Assembly: GCA_002269645.1 (NCBI GenBank)
Contig: NIVC01000001.1
Coordinates: 1,550,001 to 1,614,000, forward strand
Reading direction: 5' to 3'
Length of the DNA stretch: 64,000 bases
Source of the DNA: Macrostomum lignano
Taxonomy: Eukaryota
Shown: one piece after another, positions 11,646 to 23,244 of the stretch
How positions within the stretch are numbered: the first letter of the stretch is position 1
Layout: each line of letters opens with the position of its first letter
The notes under the pieces: generated by a model
Database searches by the model: none
Told to the model about the DNA's origin: nothing
What the model saw: the letters and a program-made list of their open reading frames with translations, nothing else
Made by a program: the position numbers and the translations under genes

Positions 11646-12759
11646 CCTTACAGCCGCTACGAGCGAACAAGCTTACGGACTGAACAGAAAGAAACTCGGG
11701 ATATCTTTTATGACGTGATTTTTAAATATTCGTGACTACAACCCTGAGCGTTTTTTATTGCTTTATGGCTGTGTCTTTTGATGCTGTTTATCCTTTCTTC
11801 TTGTGTTAAAACAATTTCCTTCTTTGTGTCTTTTTCGTGTTAAAATTTTATGTTGTTTAATTAATTTTTAAAGCTTAAAATAGTTTTTTGGTTAATAAAT
11901 ATTTCCCGTTGCTGTCTTTTGTTTAAGTTTTTGTTACTGTTTATCTTAGGTTTTCTTTTCGTTAAAGCAAGTCGTCGCTGTTGCTGCTTTTTTTAAAACA
12001 AAAATTTGTTGCTGCTATTGGAAAAATATTGCCGATGTTGTTATCTTTTTTCTCGTCTTTTATTCTTGTTGACACTTGTAGGATACGAACAATTAAAATT
12101 TTTTTTCTTATAATTTTTAATAACACATTAACTCCGCATCTTGTTTTATCTGGTTTTTAGAGAATATAGACTAACGCTAATTTCAGACTCTGCTTCGCAC
12201 CTTTTTATTCGTGAAAGATGCATTCTGGACTTTATTATTAAGAACTTAAAGAAGCTTACTTTTTATGGCAGACTTCAGAGGCTCTTCGTACGATAGTCTT
12301 GGAAGGGGAAATTTTTATAGATTAAAAAGATAGACACTCTCCTTCAATTCAATTTTTTGGATTTTAAAAAAATTAAATGAAATAAATTTATGAGTGCAAT
12401 TTAATGAACTTAAACTTTAGCTAAATCTCAACTAAATCAACGAAATCATTAAATGTACTAATAATTTTATATCAAAATTAAAATCTAAAATGTACAATGA
12501 AATCATTAAAATTTTACATGTACACAGCATACTTGCATACTGCCTAGCCTAGTGCTTTCCTCTCGCAACTGCATAGTTGAGTGTGGAAACTTCCCAAAAA
12601 GTGGATGCAAGTTGCAACACAAAACATTTGCTTCCTCTTTCTCTCTCCCATTTACAAGCTTAAAGAAGATGCAGTTTTTGTTCGTTATTATATAGGAAAG
12701 CCTAGCCCGGCTTAAAACCAGCCAATTAAGTATAGCCAAAGTATATTATAGTATAGGAA

Positions 12760-13110
12760 GAATCAATATTGAATGAAGCAAACCTTGTGTATTTTGGTAA
12801 GCTTGCAGTAAGCGGGTAGAGCAGCTCAGAGGTAAGCGATTCTGAATCTTGCACTAGCCACACGACCTTCGGATTAAGTTTGTGCGCGGCCACCTTGATT
12901 TGAGACTTGCAGTGTGCACGAAAATTGGCCAAGGGGTTGTCAGATTCACACCCATGGGTATGCTCTCGAGAAATCAGATTGTTTCGACCGAATCTGTCAA
13001 TGGCAATGCGTGGAGCATACTGTGCATTCGAAGGTACATCCTTGAAAGTACTACTACCTAGTCTGTATAAGTAGCTGTTCTCAGCAAATACCCTGATCTT
13101 TATTGTCTAA
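12760..13110 (-). pseudogene. possible FLYWCH/MULE-like transposase N-terminal relic
   Basis: Minus frame reads ENSYLYRL...ISREHTHGCESDNPLANFRAHCKSQIKVAA..LPK, resembling the YLY..HxH of FLYWCH fingers. Cys positions need a frameshift. Confidence 0.22.
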
Positions 13111-13860
13111 CTATACAGTCACTCTTTCCTCAAAGCCCCACCCACCTGCTTAGTTGCTAAGGGAAACTCTGTATTATTTAGGAAGCATCTCTTCTAAAAT
13201 TTCAAAAACTCTTCCAGCGTCTCTCAAGCACGCAGCACGGAGTCTTCCGCATTTGGGACTTTTCAACGATTCTCCCAGCAGCCATGCATTCATGAAAGCA
13301 CAATTGAGTGAGCTTCTCACAGACAATGAGTTGTATAGTTGAAAAACTTTCCTGTTTCTTTTTGAGAATTTCTAAGCAGGACTTGTTCCAACACTTTCTG
13401 GGAAATTGTATGGCATTTGAGCTGTCAAAAAAATGATAAGCATATCTTGCTACTATCAGTACTCCTACGGAACATTCGGTGAGGCATAAAATATAAAGCG
13501 AGAAAATTAGCTCAAAGTGTTGTAGAATTAAAGTTGGGAAAACCAAGCAGCTTTCATCACCTGCTTGCAGTGCTCGCGAAAAATCAATAAAAGACAAGCA
13601 CCATTTCACAACCAACAGAACCCTTTTGTCTATGGCAAAACCTCATCTACTAGAAAGCTAGTAGAAAATCAATAGGAACAAACCCTCTAAAAACAGTTCT
13701 AAGCAGTTTTTTTCGCTTTCATGCAAATGAGAATTTGCCATGACAAAAACAGACTTTGGATTGAATAGGTTTTGTTGTTTCTGAAAGGGTGCTCGTTTTT
13801 TATTGATTTTTGCAAGCACTGCCAGAATGTTCAAAATTGAATTTCCGCTAGATTTTTTGA

Positions 13861-14101
13861 ACCAGGGGCGCCAGCACCAGGGGCGCCAGCACCAGGGGCG
13901 CCAGCACCAGGGGCGCCAGCACCAGGGGCGCCAGCACCAGGGGCGCCAGCACCAGGGGCGCCAGCACCAGGGGCGCCAGCACCAGGGGCGCCAGCACCAG
14001 GGGCGCCAGCACCAGGGGCGCCAGCACCAGGGGCGCCAGCACCAGGGGCGCCAGCACCAGGGGCGCCAGCACCAGGGGCGCCAGCACCAGGGGCGCCAGC
14101 A
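13861..14101. repeat. 15-bp minisatellite (CCAGGGGCGCCAGCA)x16
   Basis: Perfect tandem copies. Reverse complement of the unit family at 23245-24089. Confidence 0.95.
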
Positions 14102-14640
14102 CTTCATTTGGTCACGTATTACTTACTTAATTTGAGTGGTTGCCAAAGCTATCGCATGGGAGCGTCATGTGCTTTTACTAAGCCGATGGAGGGAGGGCCA
14201 CGGCTCCCTTCCCCCTCCACTGGCTACGTCCCAGACACGCACAGAGTTCGGTATGGTATTGGTATGCAAGGGCACACTACAGTGGCTGATCGTATTGGGC
14301 GAAATAAAGTTTCAATCGTTAAAAAATATTGAGAGAAGCATTAGCCACAAAACAAATGCATTATTAACAAATCTATAAAGAAATTCGATTATAAAGAATC
14401 CAAGAAATAACTAATATATTTTCATGATCATCATATTAACTTGTGACCTTCGTCACACTTAGAAGCAATCGATAATAATGTTACAGGAAAATGTTGAATT
14501 TTACCACGGCTTCCCCAAGCAAGCGTAAAAACAAAGCTTTACTTGTGTTACACAAATTTGCACGATTTTGAATCGGCAATCAAAAAAGCAACAAAAAGCA
14601 CAAAAAAGTGGCCCAGGAAATTTTCTACCATTGTCGGAAT

Positions 14641-14955
14641 GCCCAGTGCCCGTCAGTTGTCAGATCAAACTGCCCAGTGCCCGTCAGCATTGTCAGATCA
14701 AACTGCCCAGTGCCCGTCAGCATTGTCAGATCAAACTGCCCAGAGTGCCCGTCAGCATTGTCAGATCAAACTGCCCAGTGCCCGTCAGCATGTCAGATCA
14801 AACTGCCCAGTGCCCGTCAGCATGTCAGATCAAACTGCCCAGAGTGCCCGTCAGCATTGTCAGATCAAACTGCCCAGTGCCCGTCAGCATGTCAGATCAA
14901 ACTGCCCAGTGCCCGTCAGCATGTCAGATCAAACTGCCCAGTGCCCGTCAGCATT
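14641..14955. repeat. 32-35-bp minisatellite whose last unit is the STPG1 C-terminal coding sequence
   Basis: Unit GTCAGATCAAACTGCCCAGTGCCCGTCAGCATT, ~9.5 copies. On the minus strand it encodes NADGHWAV*. Confidence 0.9.
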
Positions 14956-17211
14956 ATAGGAGAAGTTCTGCTTGGCTGGCACCTCAGGCTGGTAGTGCGC
15001 CGGACCCGGCAACGACGTGGCGTCGCCCACAGCCCGGCCGGCCCAACGCGACGTGTTGCTAAGGAACATGGAGCTGCTCATGTAGTGCTTGGACACTGGC
15101 CTTGGCGCCAGCTCGTACTGGCCCGGTCCCGGCAGCGGCGCCTGCGGCGGCAGTGGCAGCGCGGGAGCGGACAGGCACAGGTAGTGCTGCATGGGGAACT
15201 GGAAGCCGCCCCGCTTGGCCTGCCTGTCCGGCTCGTGATCGTACGCACCGGGCCCCGGATTGTCCGTCGGCTTCGGGCCCGGACGGCGCGGCCCGGACGG
15301 ACGGAAGCAGGAGACTGGGGCGCGGGAGGCTTCGCCGATCAGGCGGTCGGCGCGGGTCACGTCGTAGGCTCCGGGGCCGGGTCGGCGGGCGGCGTCGCCG
15401 TGGCCAATGGGCTCGCGACCGGATGAGGATCTGCGGGCAGCGGGGTCCACTCTCTCAATGTCTACTGTGTCCACTCTCTCTCTAATGTCTACTGTGTCCA
15501 CTCTCTCTCCAATGTCTACTGTGTCCACTCTCTCTCATATCTACTGTGTCCACTCTCTCTCCAATGTCTACTGTGTCCACTCTCTCTCTAATGTCTACTG
15601 TGTCCACTCTCTCTCTAATGTCTACTGTGTCCACTCTCTCTCTAATGTCTACTGTGTCCACTCTCTCTCTCTAATGTCTACTGTGTACACTCTCTCTCTA
15701 CTGTCTACTGTGTCCACTCTCTCTCTAATGTCTACTGTGTCCACTCTCTCTCTAATGTCTACTGTGTCCACTCTCTCTCTCTAATGTCTACTGTGTCCAC
15801 TCTCTCTACTGTCTACTGTGTCCACTCTCTCTCTAATGTCTACTGTGTCTACTCTCTCTCTAATGTCCACTGTGTCCACTATCTCTCTAATGTCTACTGT
15901 GTCCACTCTCTCTAATGTCTACTGTGTCCACTCTCTCTAATATCTACTGTGTCCACTGTCTCTAATGTCTACTGTGTCCACTGTCTCTAATGTCTACTGT
16001 GTCCACTGTCTCTTATGTCTACTGTGTCCACTGTCTCTCTAACATCAACTGTGTCCACTCTCTCTCCAATGTCTACTGTGTCCACTCTCTCTAATGTCTA
16101 CTGTGTCCACTGTCTCTAATGTCTACTGTGTCCACTGTCTCTTATGTCTACTGTGTCCACTGTCTCTCTAACATCTACTGTGTCCACTCTCTCTTTAATG
16201 TCCACTGTGTCCACTCTCTCTCTAATGTCTACTGTGTCCACTCTCTCTCTAATGTCTACTGTGTCCACTCTCTCTCTAATGTCTACTGTGTCCACTCTCT
16301 CTAATGTCTACTGTGTCCACTCTCTCTACTGTCTACTGTGTCCACTCTCTCTCTAATGTCTACTGTGTACACTCTCTCTCTAATGTCCACTGTGTCCACT
16401 ATCTCTCTAATGTCTACTGTGTCCACTCTCTCTCTAATGTCTACTGTGTCCACTCTCTCTCCAATGTCTACTGTGTCCACTCTCTCTAATGTCTACTGTG
16501 TCCACTCTCTCTAATGTCTACTGTGTCCACTCTCTCTCTCTCTCCTCTCTCTAATGTCTATTGTTTCCACTCTCTTTAGCACAATATTTATTGAAAAATT
16601 AATTTCAATCCAATCTGAACTAACTTGAACACGCTAGCCAGGTCGCGAGTTCGATTCTCCCTGAGCCGAGCCAGAGCGTTGAGCGTATTGTACCGGTTCG
16701 GCCCCGGACCGTCCGAGGCCGCTCCAGCCGGTCGGGGCACCGCGATCGGCGGGTGGAAGCTGCTGGTTGCGCTGGCCCGATTGAAGTCGGCCCTGCTGCC
16801 GACTCTGCCGGTGTCGCCGATGTTGTAGCCGGCGGGCCCGGGACCGACTGGGACGCCGCCGCCGCCGCCTCCGTCGGTCCGTCGGACGGTTTTGCTGGCG
16901 AGGCCGCCCGTGCCGCGTTTGCCGTAGGACGGCGAATCTGTTGCAACCGAGGAGCCACCGCTGCCCAGAGCGTAATAATTTGGCGCCGGAGTCACGTGAT
17001 TGGACAGGTCGTAGTTAAACCGCTTAGCGGTGGACATGAAACCTTTGCTGTCGGCCGTGTCAATCACGACCGTCTGGTATTTGCTGGGGATTGAGGAGTT
17101 CGGCTTGGCGGCCGAGTAGCCTTTTCGGACACGGTTCTGATTGCCGTTTGGGTTGCCATGGATACGCTTGACAACTGAGTCATTGTGTAAGATTTGTACG
17201 CTGTCGGACAT
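14929..17211 (-). CDS. STPG1: sperm-tail PG-rich repeat protein 1-like (362 aa); exons 17211-16625, 15430-14929
   Basis: SSIPSKY..KGFMSTAKRF, PGPxxY repeats, and C-terminal LPLPPQAPLPGPGQYE..HYMSSSMFLSNTSRW..LPGPAHYQPE..KQNFSYN match STPG1/MAPO2. Donor AA|GTTAGT and acceptor CCGCAG|A, both phase 2. Total 1089 nt. Confidence 0.85.
15445..16575. repeat. ~25-bp intronic minisatellite GTCCAC(TC)nTAATGTCTACTGT
   Basis: Fills almost the whole STPG1 intron, with a variable (CT)n core. Confidence 0.95.
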
Positions 17212-19349
17212 CGTGTCTGGAATAAATGGAGGACAACCCAACAGTCAAGCAGTTTTTTGTTCCTTTCGCTGAGCCATGACCTCAAACGAATATAGCAGCA
17301 CTAGGGATAGTGGGTAGGTACAACTGCATTAAGGCATAAAATGTAAGCTCATATTTCACAAACTTATTGGGTTTGTTTAAAAGTTTAAACTTTGTTTAAA
17401 GTTTAAAACGAAACGATTCGACACCAGCAATTGGTAAAATATCCATAGTCTATTATTTTCTCCAACAAGAATATAGCCAATCTATTTAGGAGCAATGAAC
17501 CTAAAAATAAAAGTATAATATTTTGTATATTTCTAGTCTTCTTTTTCTGGTAGGAAAGCAAAAATCAGCCTCAAATGCATTTATTATTCTCTATACAGAA
17601 ACAAAAAACACTTTTCTAGATAGCAATGCCTCATTTTAATGTGCCAAATAGTTACACATGTTAACAGCGAATGCATTCATGAGATTACTAGACAGCAACT
17701 TTTAATACATAATAAGAATAACTTTGACAAACTTGAGAACTTAAACTTTAATCGAAGTTGTCTCATCCTACCAGGAAAAAATATTCCACGATTCTTTTCA
17801 ATTAAATTTCTAAAAAATTATATACAGTTTAGAATTTCTGTCCTGTTCTACAACTCTAACCCCCTAGTCTTCACTTTGTTGTGTTGTTCATCAAAGTAAT
17901 TTAAATTGATCCAGTCTAGCTCCAAAAGGGAAACCTTTTAAAGAAAAGCTTTGGTAATAAATAAACAGATTCTACTATTTCCATCCGTTAATGGAAATAT
18001 ATTATTTGTATGACTAAATATGACTTGGCAAACATGAGAAAAATGGGCATAAGTTCCCACTGTCTAATATATATCAATTCGCTTTCTTTCTAAACGAAAT
18101 AAAATCAGTTCATTATTTCACAATTTTTAAGAAGCTTTGCCATCCGTTTTAAACATTAAAAACCTTTTTAATAATTTATTTGGCAAGTCAAAATCAAGAT
18201 AATTCGCAAAAGTTTCATTTTTTTTCGAAGCAAACATAGCCCTTAGAAAATGAGCGATCCGGCGGCATAAAATATATTCGGCCCATTTATGAAGTTGAAG
18301 AAATGTCCTTAATAGCAACAAATAAAGCCGTGAATAAGGTTACAACTTTAACTTTGTCGATTAATAATTTTATTTTAAATTTAAATCATTTCTCTACGTA
18401 AACGAAAATTTTATATCGGCATAAAAATAAATATTCAACTTTTGTTTTTCTGTTTACTTCGTAAACAGATGAAGTTTTTTGACAAGCTTTCCCGGTGGTC
18501 CATTAACGGGTACACGTGAAAATTTGAATGAGTGAGTATATCTGAGCCGCGAGTCGAAGTAAGGACTAATTTAACGATAAATAGTCGTTCTTATGGGTCT
18601 AAGAAGAAGCAATTGGACGCAAAACTTCATTGACTTGCTGGACTTACTGGTATACTGGAAACACTTGTAGTGGTAGAGTAAAAATGGAGGAAAGTACGAG
18701 GGTGGGAAAGGGCAAACTTGATGGAATAAAGCTAAGACAAATATGAAAATTTCCAGTATATACAAAACAATGAACAGATTCGATTTTCTTATCATTTGAG
18801 ACATGCCCTCACAATGCTGTCAAAAAGTATAGGGGGGGGGGGTAATTGTCTCACTGCAAATGCTCCCATCTCATGCTATGTACAGTAGTGTTACATGTAC
18901 GTCGATCATGTACACATGTACGCGTGGTCATTTCATCCGCAAGAAAGTTACAGTACTTACGGTACATTGTTGCCCAATATTTTTTAGGACCCCCCTCATG
19001 CACATGTATATATAAGATTACGAGCTAAATATACTTACATGAAAGCAGGACTGCATTCTTACAAACCGATCTGCAGATGTGATCACGGGACATAATCAGC
19101 AAACCAACTACAGGTATAGCTGTACTGAGACCCCATATTCTCAAATTTTGCATTGTTATAACTAATTAAATTCACGGTACTTTACGAAGTCTATAGCTGT
19201 TTTTTTCTGTGGAATGCTTCTTTCTCAATAGTTTAAATGCATGTACTACTGTAGTCAATGTAGTAGTAGACTCTAGTACTACTACAGTCGTCCTTAGGGT
19301 TCATATCCTGCACATAAAGCATGATGTAGTAGTTAGACCTACAGAGCTT

Positions 19350-19550
19350 TGTGCATCCTGGCGCACTTTAAGCGACGCATTTTCACACAACCATTTGAGA
19401 GGCACTACTGCCCATTAATTGCCGACTCCCCAGCAGGCACACAAGCGCACAGGCACGCGCTTACACAGGGTTGTACAGCGGCCCTAATTATACATGTACT
19501 TATCGTTAGGCATGTACACTTACTCATTGTGCCTTAGGGGCTTCGCCATC
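19350..19550 (-). mobile_element. dispersed repeat family copy B
   Basis: Reverse complement contains GGCGAAGCCCC, AGTGTACATGCCTAACGAT, GGCCGCTGTACAACCCTGTG and ATGGGCAGTAGTGCCTC, co-linear with 8505-8740. Confidence 0.45.
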
Positions 19551-19612
19551 AAGTGCAATATTTGCACGAGCAGAGCCAAGCCGAGTTTCCAATTTAGCCT
19601 CAAATTATAATG

Positions 19613-19685
19613 TGACTGCACTTGGAATCGAGCCTGGGCCGCTGGCACATGAGAGCGCCGCGCTAGACCACTGGGCTACGCACTA
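19613..19685 (-). mobile_element. tRNA-derived SINE head
   Basis: Minus strand GCGTAGCCCAGTGGTCTAGCGCGGCG...CCCAGGCTCGATTCCAAGTGC has an A box (TAGCCCAGTGG) and a B box (GGCTCGATTCC), with no clean acceptor stem. Confidence 0.55.
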
Positions 19686-20112
19686 AAGCGCGATTTAAGT
19701 TCTTAATTCTGAAGTTCAAGTTCTCCAGTACTCAAGTTCACTGTTTTGTAAATATTGAGCCACTTCTAGACTCCCGCGAAAGACTCTGCAATGTCGCAAC
19801 TTCATGAAATCCAGTTTCAACCAGCTAGTGCCTATCGTGCAAGAAGCCATGCAGCAGGTAGAGATGCACTTTATGGCTAAAAAATTCACAAGAGGACAGA
19901 TACTTCACAAGTCATCCCAAGCCTTCCCGCGACTGTTTTTCCCTCATTCTAACCCTAATTGGGCCATTGGCTAGATGGGCACTCACGGCTCTTCAAGGCT
20001 CACTATGGGGGGGGGGCTTTCATGCTACACGCAGTCGAGTATTTATCCAGATCCGCTTAGAAACAATGGAGAGAATTTTGCCAATCCGTTTCAGCTCCCG
20101 CAAGGCAATCAT

Positions 20113-21171
20113 ATGGCGGCTCTCGCAGCCATCGCTACTCTGCTGCTGTACGCCCAGCTGTCGCCAGCTTCAGCGAATGGCTTCAGCGGCGGCTGCCAGG
20201 CCCGGCACTCAGTCCGACCGCTGCACAGCGACTCCTGCGTGCCGGACGCCGACCTGCAGCGTCAGCTGCGGCTGCCCAACGCGCAGCTTCTGACGGGCGT
20301 CTCCGATGCGGAGTCCTGCGCGCTGGCCTGCGCTCTCCGACCGAGCGCGTGTGCAGTCGCCCAGTTCCGCTTCGTAGCCCGGCTGTGTCACGTGACTGCG
20401 GAGCTGCCGCGACCGGCCAGCGAGGAGGAGGCAGCCGGCACGGCGAGCCGCGGCGACTGCGTGGCGACGCTGCTGAGACAGGGCGGAGATGCTCCGACCG
20501 CCTGGTCGCTCGCCTCCCGACTCAAAGTGTTCATCGACTTCCGCGTCTCCGAGTTGAACCTCGTCGCCGGGTCGGCTGGCTGGCCGCCGGCCGCTCAGCT
20601 CACTGGCGCCGCGTCTCGCAACTCCAGTGGCGCCTGGCTGCCCGGCCTGCAGACCGCCCACGTGCTGATGCGCCTGCCGCCTCCCGGCTACCAGGCGGTG
20701 GCCGCTGCCAGCCAGGAGTTCGCCTACTTCTTCAAGGTGCTGGCCGACCCGCCAGCATCGGCGAGCTCGCAGCGCCACTTCATGCGCATCCTGTCAGCCA
20801 GCGACGGCAGCCAGCTGAGCGCCTTTGTCTATACTGTGGGCGGCCGGGTCCGCTTCTCCAACCTGTTCACCCGGCCGGATCCGTTCGAGGCCGTCGCCGA
20901 TGTTGTCTACGCCGGCGGCAGGAGTCTCGCCTTCGGCGTGGCCTACTACAACTCCACGGGCCGCGCTCGGGTGTACTTTAACGGCACCCTGATGAGTGCG
21001 ACAACATTCACTCCGACAGATACGCTGAACGCCGCTGTCCAGTACGACGAGATCCGATTGGGCTACGCCGGTTCCGAATCGATTTGCCTCAGGGGCTATC
21101 TAGTGTGCTTCGCTATGGCGCCCGCGGCCCTGACTGGGGATGAGTTCCAGCAGCTTAGCGACAGGTGCTGA
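20113..21171 (+). CDS. secreted PAN/apple-like + LamG/ConA-like protein, copy 3 (352 aa, divergent LamG)
   Basis: ATG 20113 begins signal peptide MAALAAIATLLLYAQLSPASA. PAN module near-identical to copies 1/2. LamG keeps FIDFR, YFNGT, YDEIRLG and CFAMAPAALTGDEFQQL but is otherwise diverged. Confidence 0.82.
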   Translation: MAALAAIATLLLYAQLSPASANGFSGGCQARHSVRPLHSDSCVPDADLQRQLRLPNAQLLTGVSDAESCALACALRPSACAVAQFRFVARLCHVTAELPRPASEEEAAGTASRGDCVATLLRQGGDAPTAWSLASRLKVFIDFRVSELNLVAGSAGWPPAAQLTGAASRNSSGAWLPGLQTAHVLMRLPPPGYQAVAAASQEFAYFFKVLADPPASASSQRHFMRILSASDGSQLSAFVYTVGGRVRFSNLFTRPDPFEAVADVVYAGGRSLAFGVAYYNSTGRARVYFNGTLMSATTFTPTDTLNAAVQYDEIRLGYAGSESICLRGYLVCFAMAPAALTGDEFQQLSDRC

Positions 21172-21234
21172 TAATTGCATAGCAACCATCAGTTGCCTGG
21201 CGCCCGGTTGCCTAGCTTCAACTGAACGAGCTTA

Positions 21235-21790
21235 AGGTAGCTTAGTAGTATAGTAGTTTAGTAGTATAGTAGCTTAGTAGTATAGTAGCTTAGTAGTATA
21301 GTAGTTTAGTAGTATAGTAGTTTAGTAGTATAGTAGCTTAGTAGTATAGTAGCTTAGTAGTATAGTAGCTTAGTAGTATAGTAGCTTAGTAGTATAGTAG
21401 CTTAGTAGTATAGTAGTTTAGTAGTATAGTAGCTTAGTAGTATAGTAGCTTAGTAGTATAGTAGCTTAGTAGTATAGTAGCTTAGTAGTATAGTAGCTTA
21501 GTAGTATAGTACCTTAGTAGTATAGTAGCTTAGTAGTATAGTAGTTTAGTAGTATAGTAGCTTAGTAGTATAGTAGCTTAGTAGTATAGTAGCTTAGTAG
21601 TATAGTAGCTTAGTAGTATAGTAGCTTAGTAGTATAGTAGCTTAGTAGTATAGTAGCTTAGTAGTATAGTAGCTTAGTAGTATAGTACCTTAGTAGTATA
21701 GTAGCTTAGTAGTATAGTAGCTTAGTGGTATAGTAGCTTAGTATTGTAGCTTAGTAGTATAATACCTTAGTAGTATAATACCTTAGTAGT
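21235..21790. repeat. 16-bp minisatellite AGCTTAGTAGTATAGT
   Basis: About 34 tandem copies starting ~60 bp after the copy-3 stop. Confidence 0.95.
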
Positions 21791-22162
21791 ATATTATTTT
21801 AGTAGTCAAGTAGCTTAAAACGAACTATTCGGAATTTAATTTGCGCCACTCAAACAAAAAAATATTATTGAATTTTTCGATTTCAAAATCGTACTTGCTT
21901 TGTCTTTTTTTCAACAATTAATTTGTCAAACTGGTTCTGTCGCCAAAAAACAGAATTAAAGTTATCCATCAAAACATGCATAAAATGTAATGAACTTTTC
22001 ACTGAAATACTTTTCTGTCGTAGCTAAACTCTTTGAGGCAGTTTTAATAACTGGGAAAGAAAAGACATGATGTTTTTTTAAATTTTGTGCACTGTCTCTG
22101 CCAGACAAATTATTCTGGGCGATCTAAGCAAGTTTCTATTTTCTTATATATTTTTTATATGA

Positions 22163-22424
22163 CAGTCAGTCAGTCAGTCAGTCAGTCAGTCAGTCAGTCA
22201 GTCAGTCAGTCAGTCAGTCAGTCAGTCAGTCAGTCAGTCAGTCAGTCAGTCAGTCAGTCAGTCAGTCAGTCAGTCAGTCAGTCAGTCAGTCAGTCAGTCA
22301 GTCAGTCAGTCAGTCAGTCAGTCAGTCAGTCAGTCAGTCAGTCAGTCAGTCAGTCAGTCAGTCAGTCAGTCAGTCAGTCAGTCAGTCAGTCAGTCAGTCA
22401 GTCAGTCAGTCAGTCAGTCAGTCA

Positions 22425-22475
<51 letters not shown>

Positions 22476-22778
22476 AGTCAGTCAGTCAGTCAGTCAGTCA
22501 GTCAGTCAGTCAGTCAGTCAGTCAGTCAGTCAGTCAGTCAGTCAGTCAGTCAGTCAGTCAGTCAGTCAGTCAGTCAGTCAGTCAGTCAGTCAGTCAGTCA
22601 GTCAGTCAGTCAGTCAGTCAGTCAGTCAGTCAGTCAGTCAGTCAGTCAGTCAGTCAGTCAGTCAGTCAGTCAGTCAGTCAGTCAGTCAGTCAGTCAGTCA
22701 GTCAGTCAGTCAGTCAGTCAGTCAGTCAGTCAGTCAGTCAGTCAGTCAGTCAGTCAGTTAGTCAGTCATTCAGTCAGT
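22163..22778. repeat. (CAGT)n microsatellite, ~150 units
   Basis: Near-perfect tetranucleotide run with rare variants. Confidence 0.97.
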
Positions 22779-23244
22779 ATTGTTGAGAAAGTGAGAGTTG
22801 TTTTAATTAAATAGATTACAATATGCCATTACAGACTAAGCACTCAGCAAAAAGAGTAAAAAACAATAAACGCGCATAAGGAATTCGTAATTTTTCCCAA
22901 CTACCTGTCACCGCTGCGGATAGCACATAATATATACGGTAGACATTGGGCTTGCCCTAATGAGTAAAAGGTATTAAAATATTCAAAGTAAACAGGTGGC
23001 AGATGTGGGTGCAGGCAGCAGGCGGAGAAGGTGCTTTAGAACAATCAGCTAATAGGCTTACAGTTACAGAGCTTATTTAAGGCTACTGTTGTTAGTATTT
23101 CTGCCAGCGCTTTCTCATGGAGCCCATGGGGGATTCAAAGGGTAGCTATTGTAGTATTTATGTCACAATTAGTTAGACTCCCTCTGTTTCTGTAAAGAAC
23201 TTGCCGTAGAATTAATTTTTTCAAACGTTTTTTCAGAAACTAAA

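Noticed and set aside
19613-19685. Intact tRNA gene (also 49308-49374 and a B box at ~9044)
   Set aside because: A and B boxes are present but the cloverleaf stems are broken, so these are treated as SINE heads.
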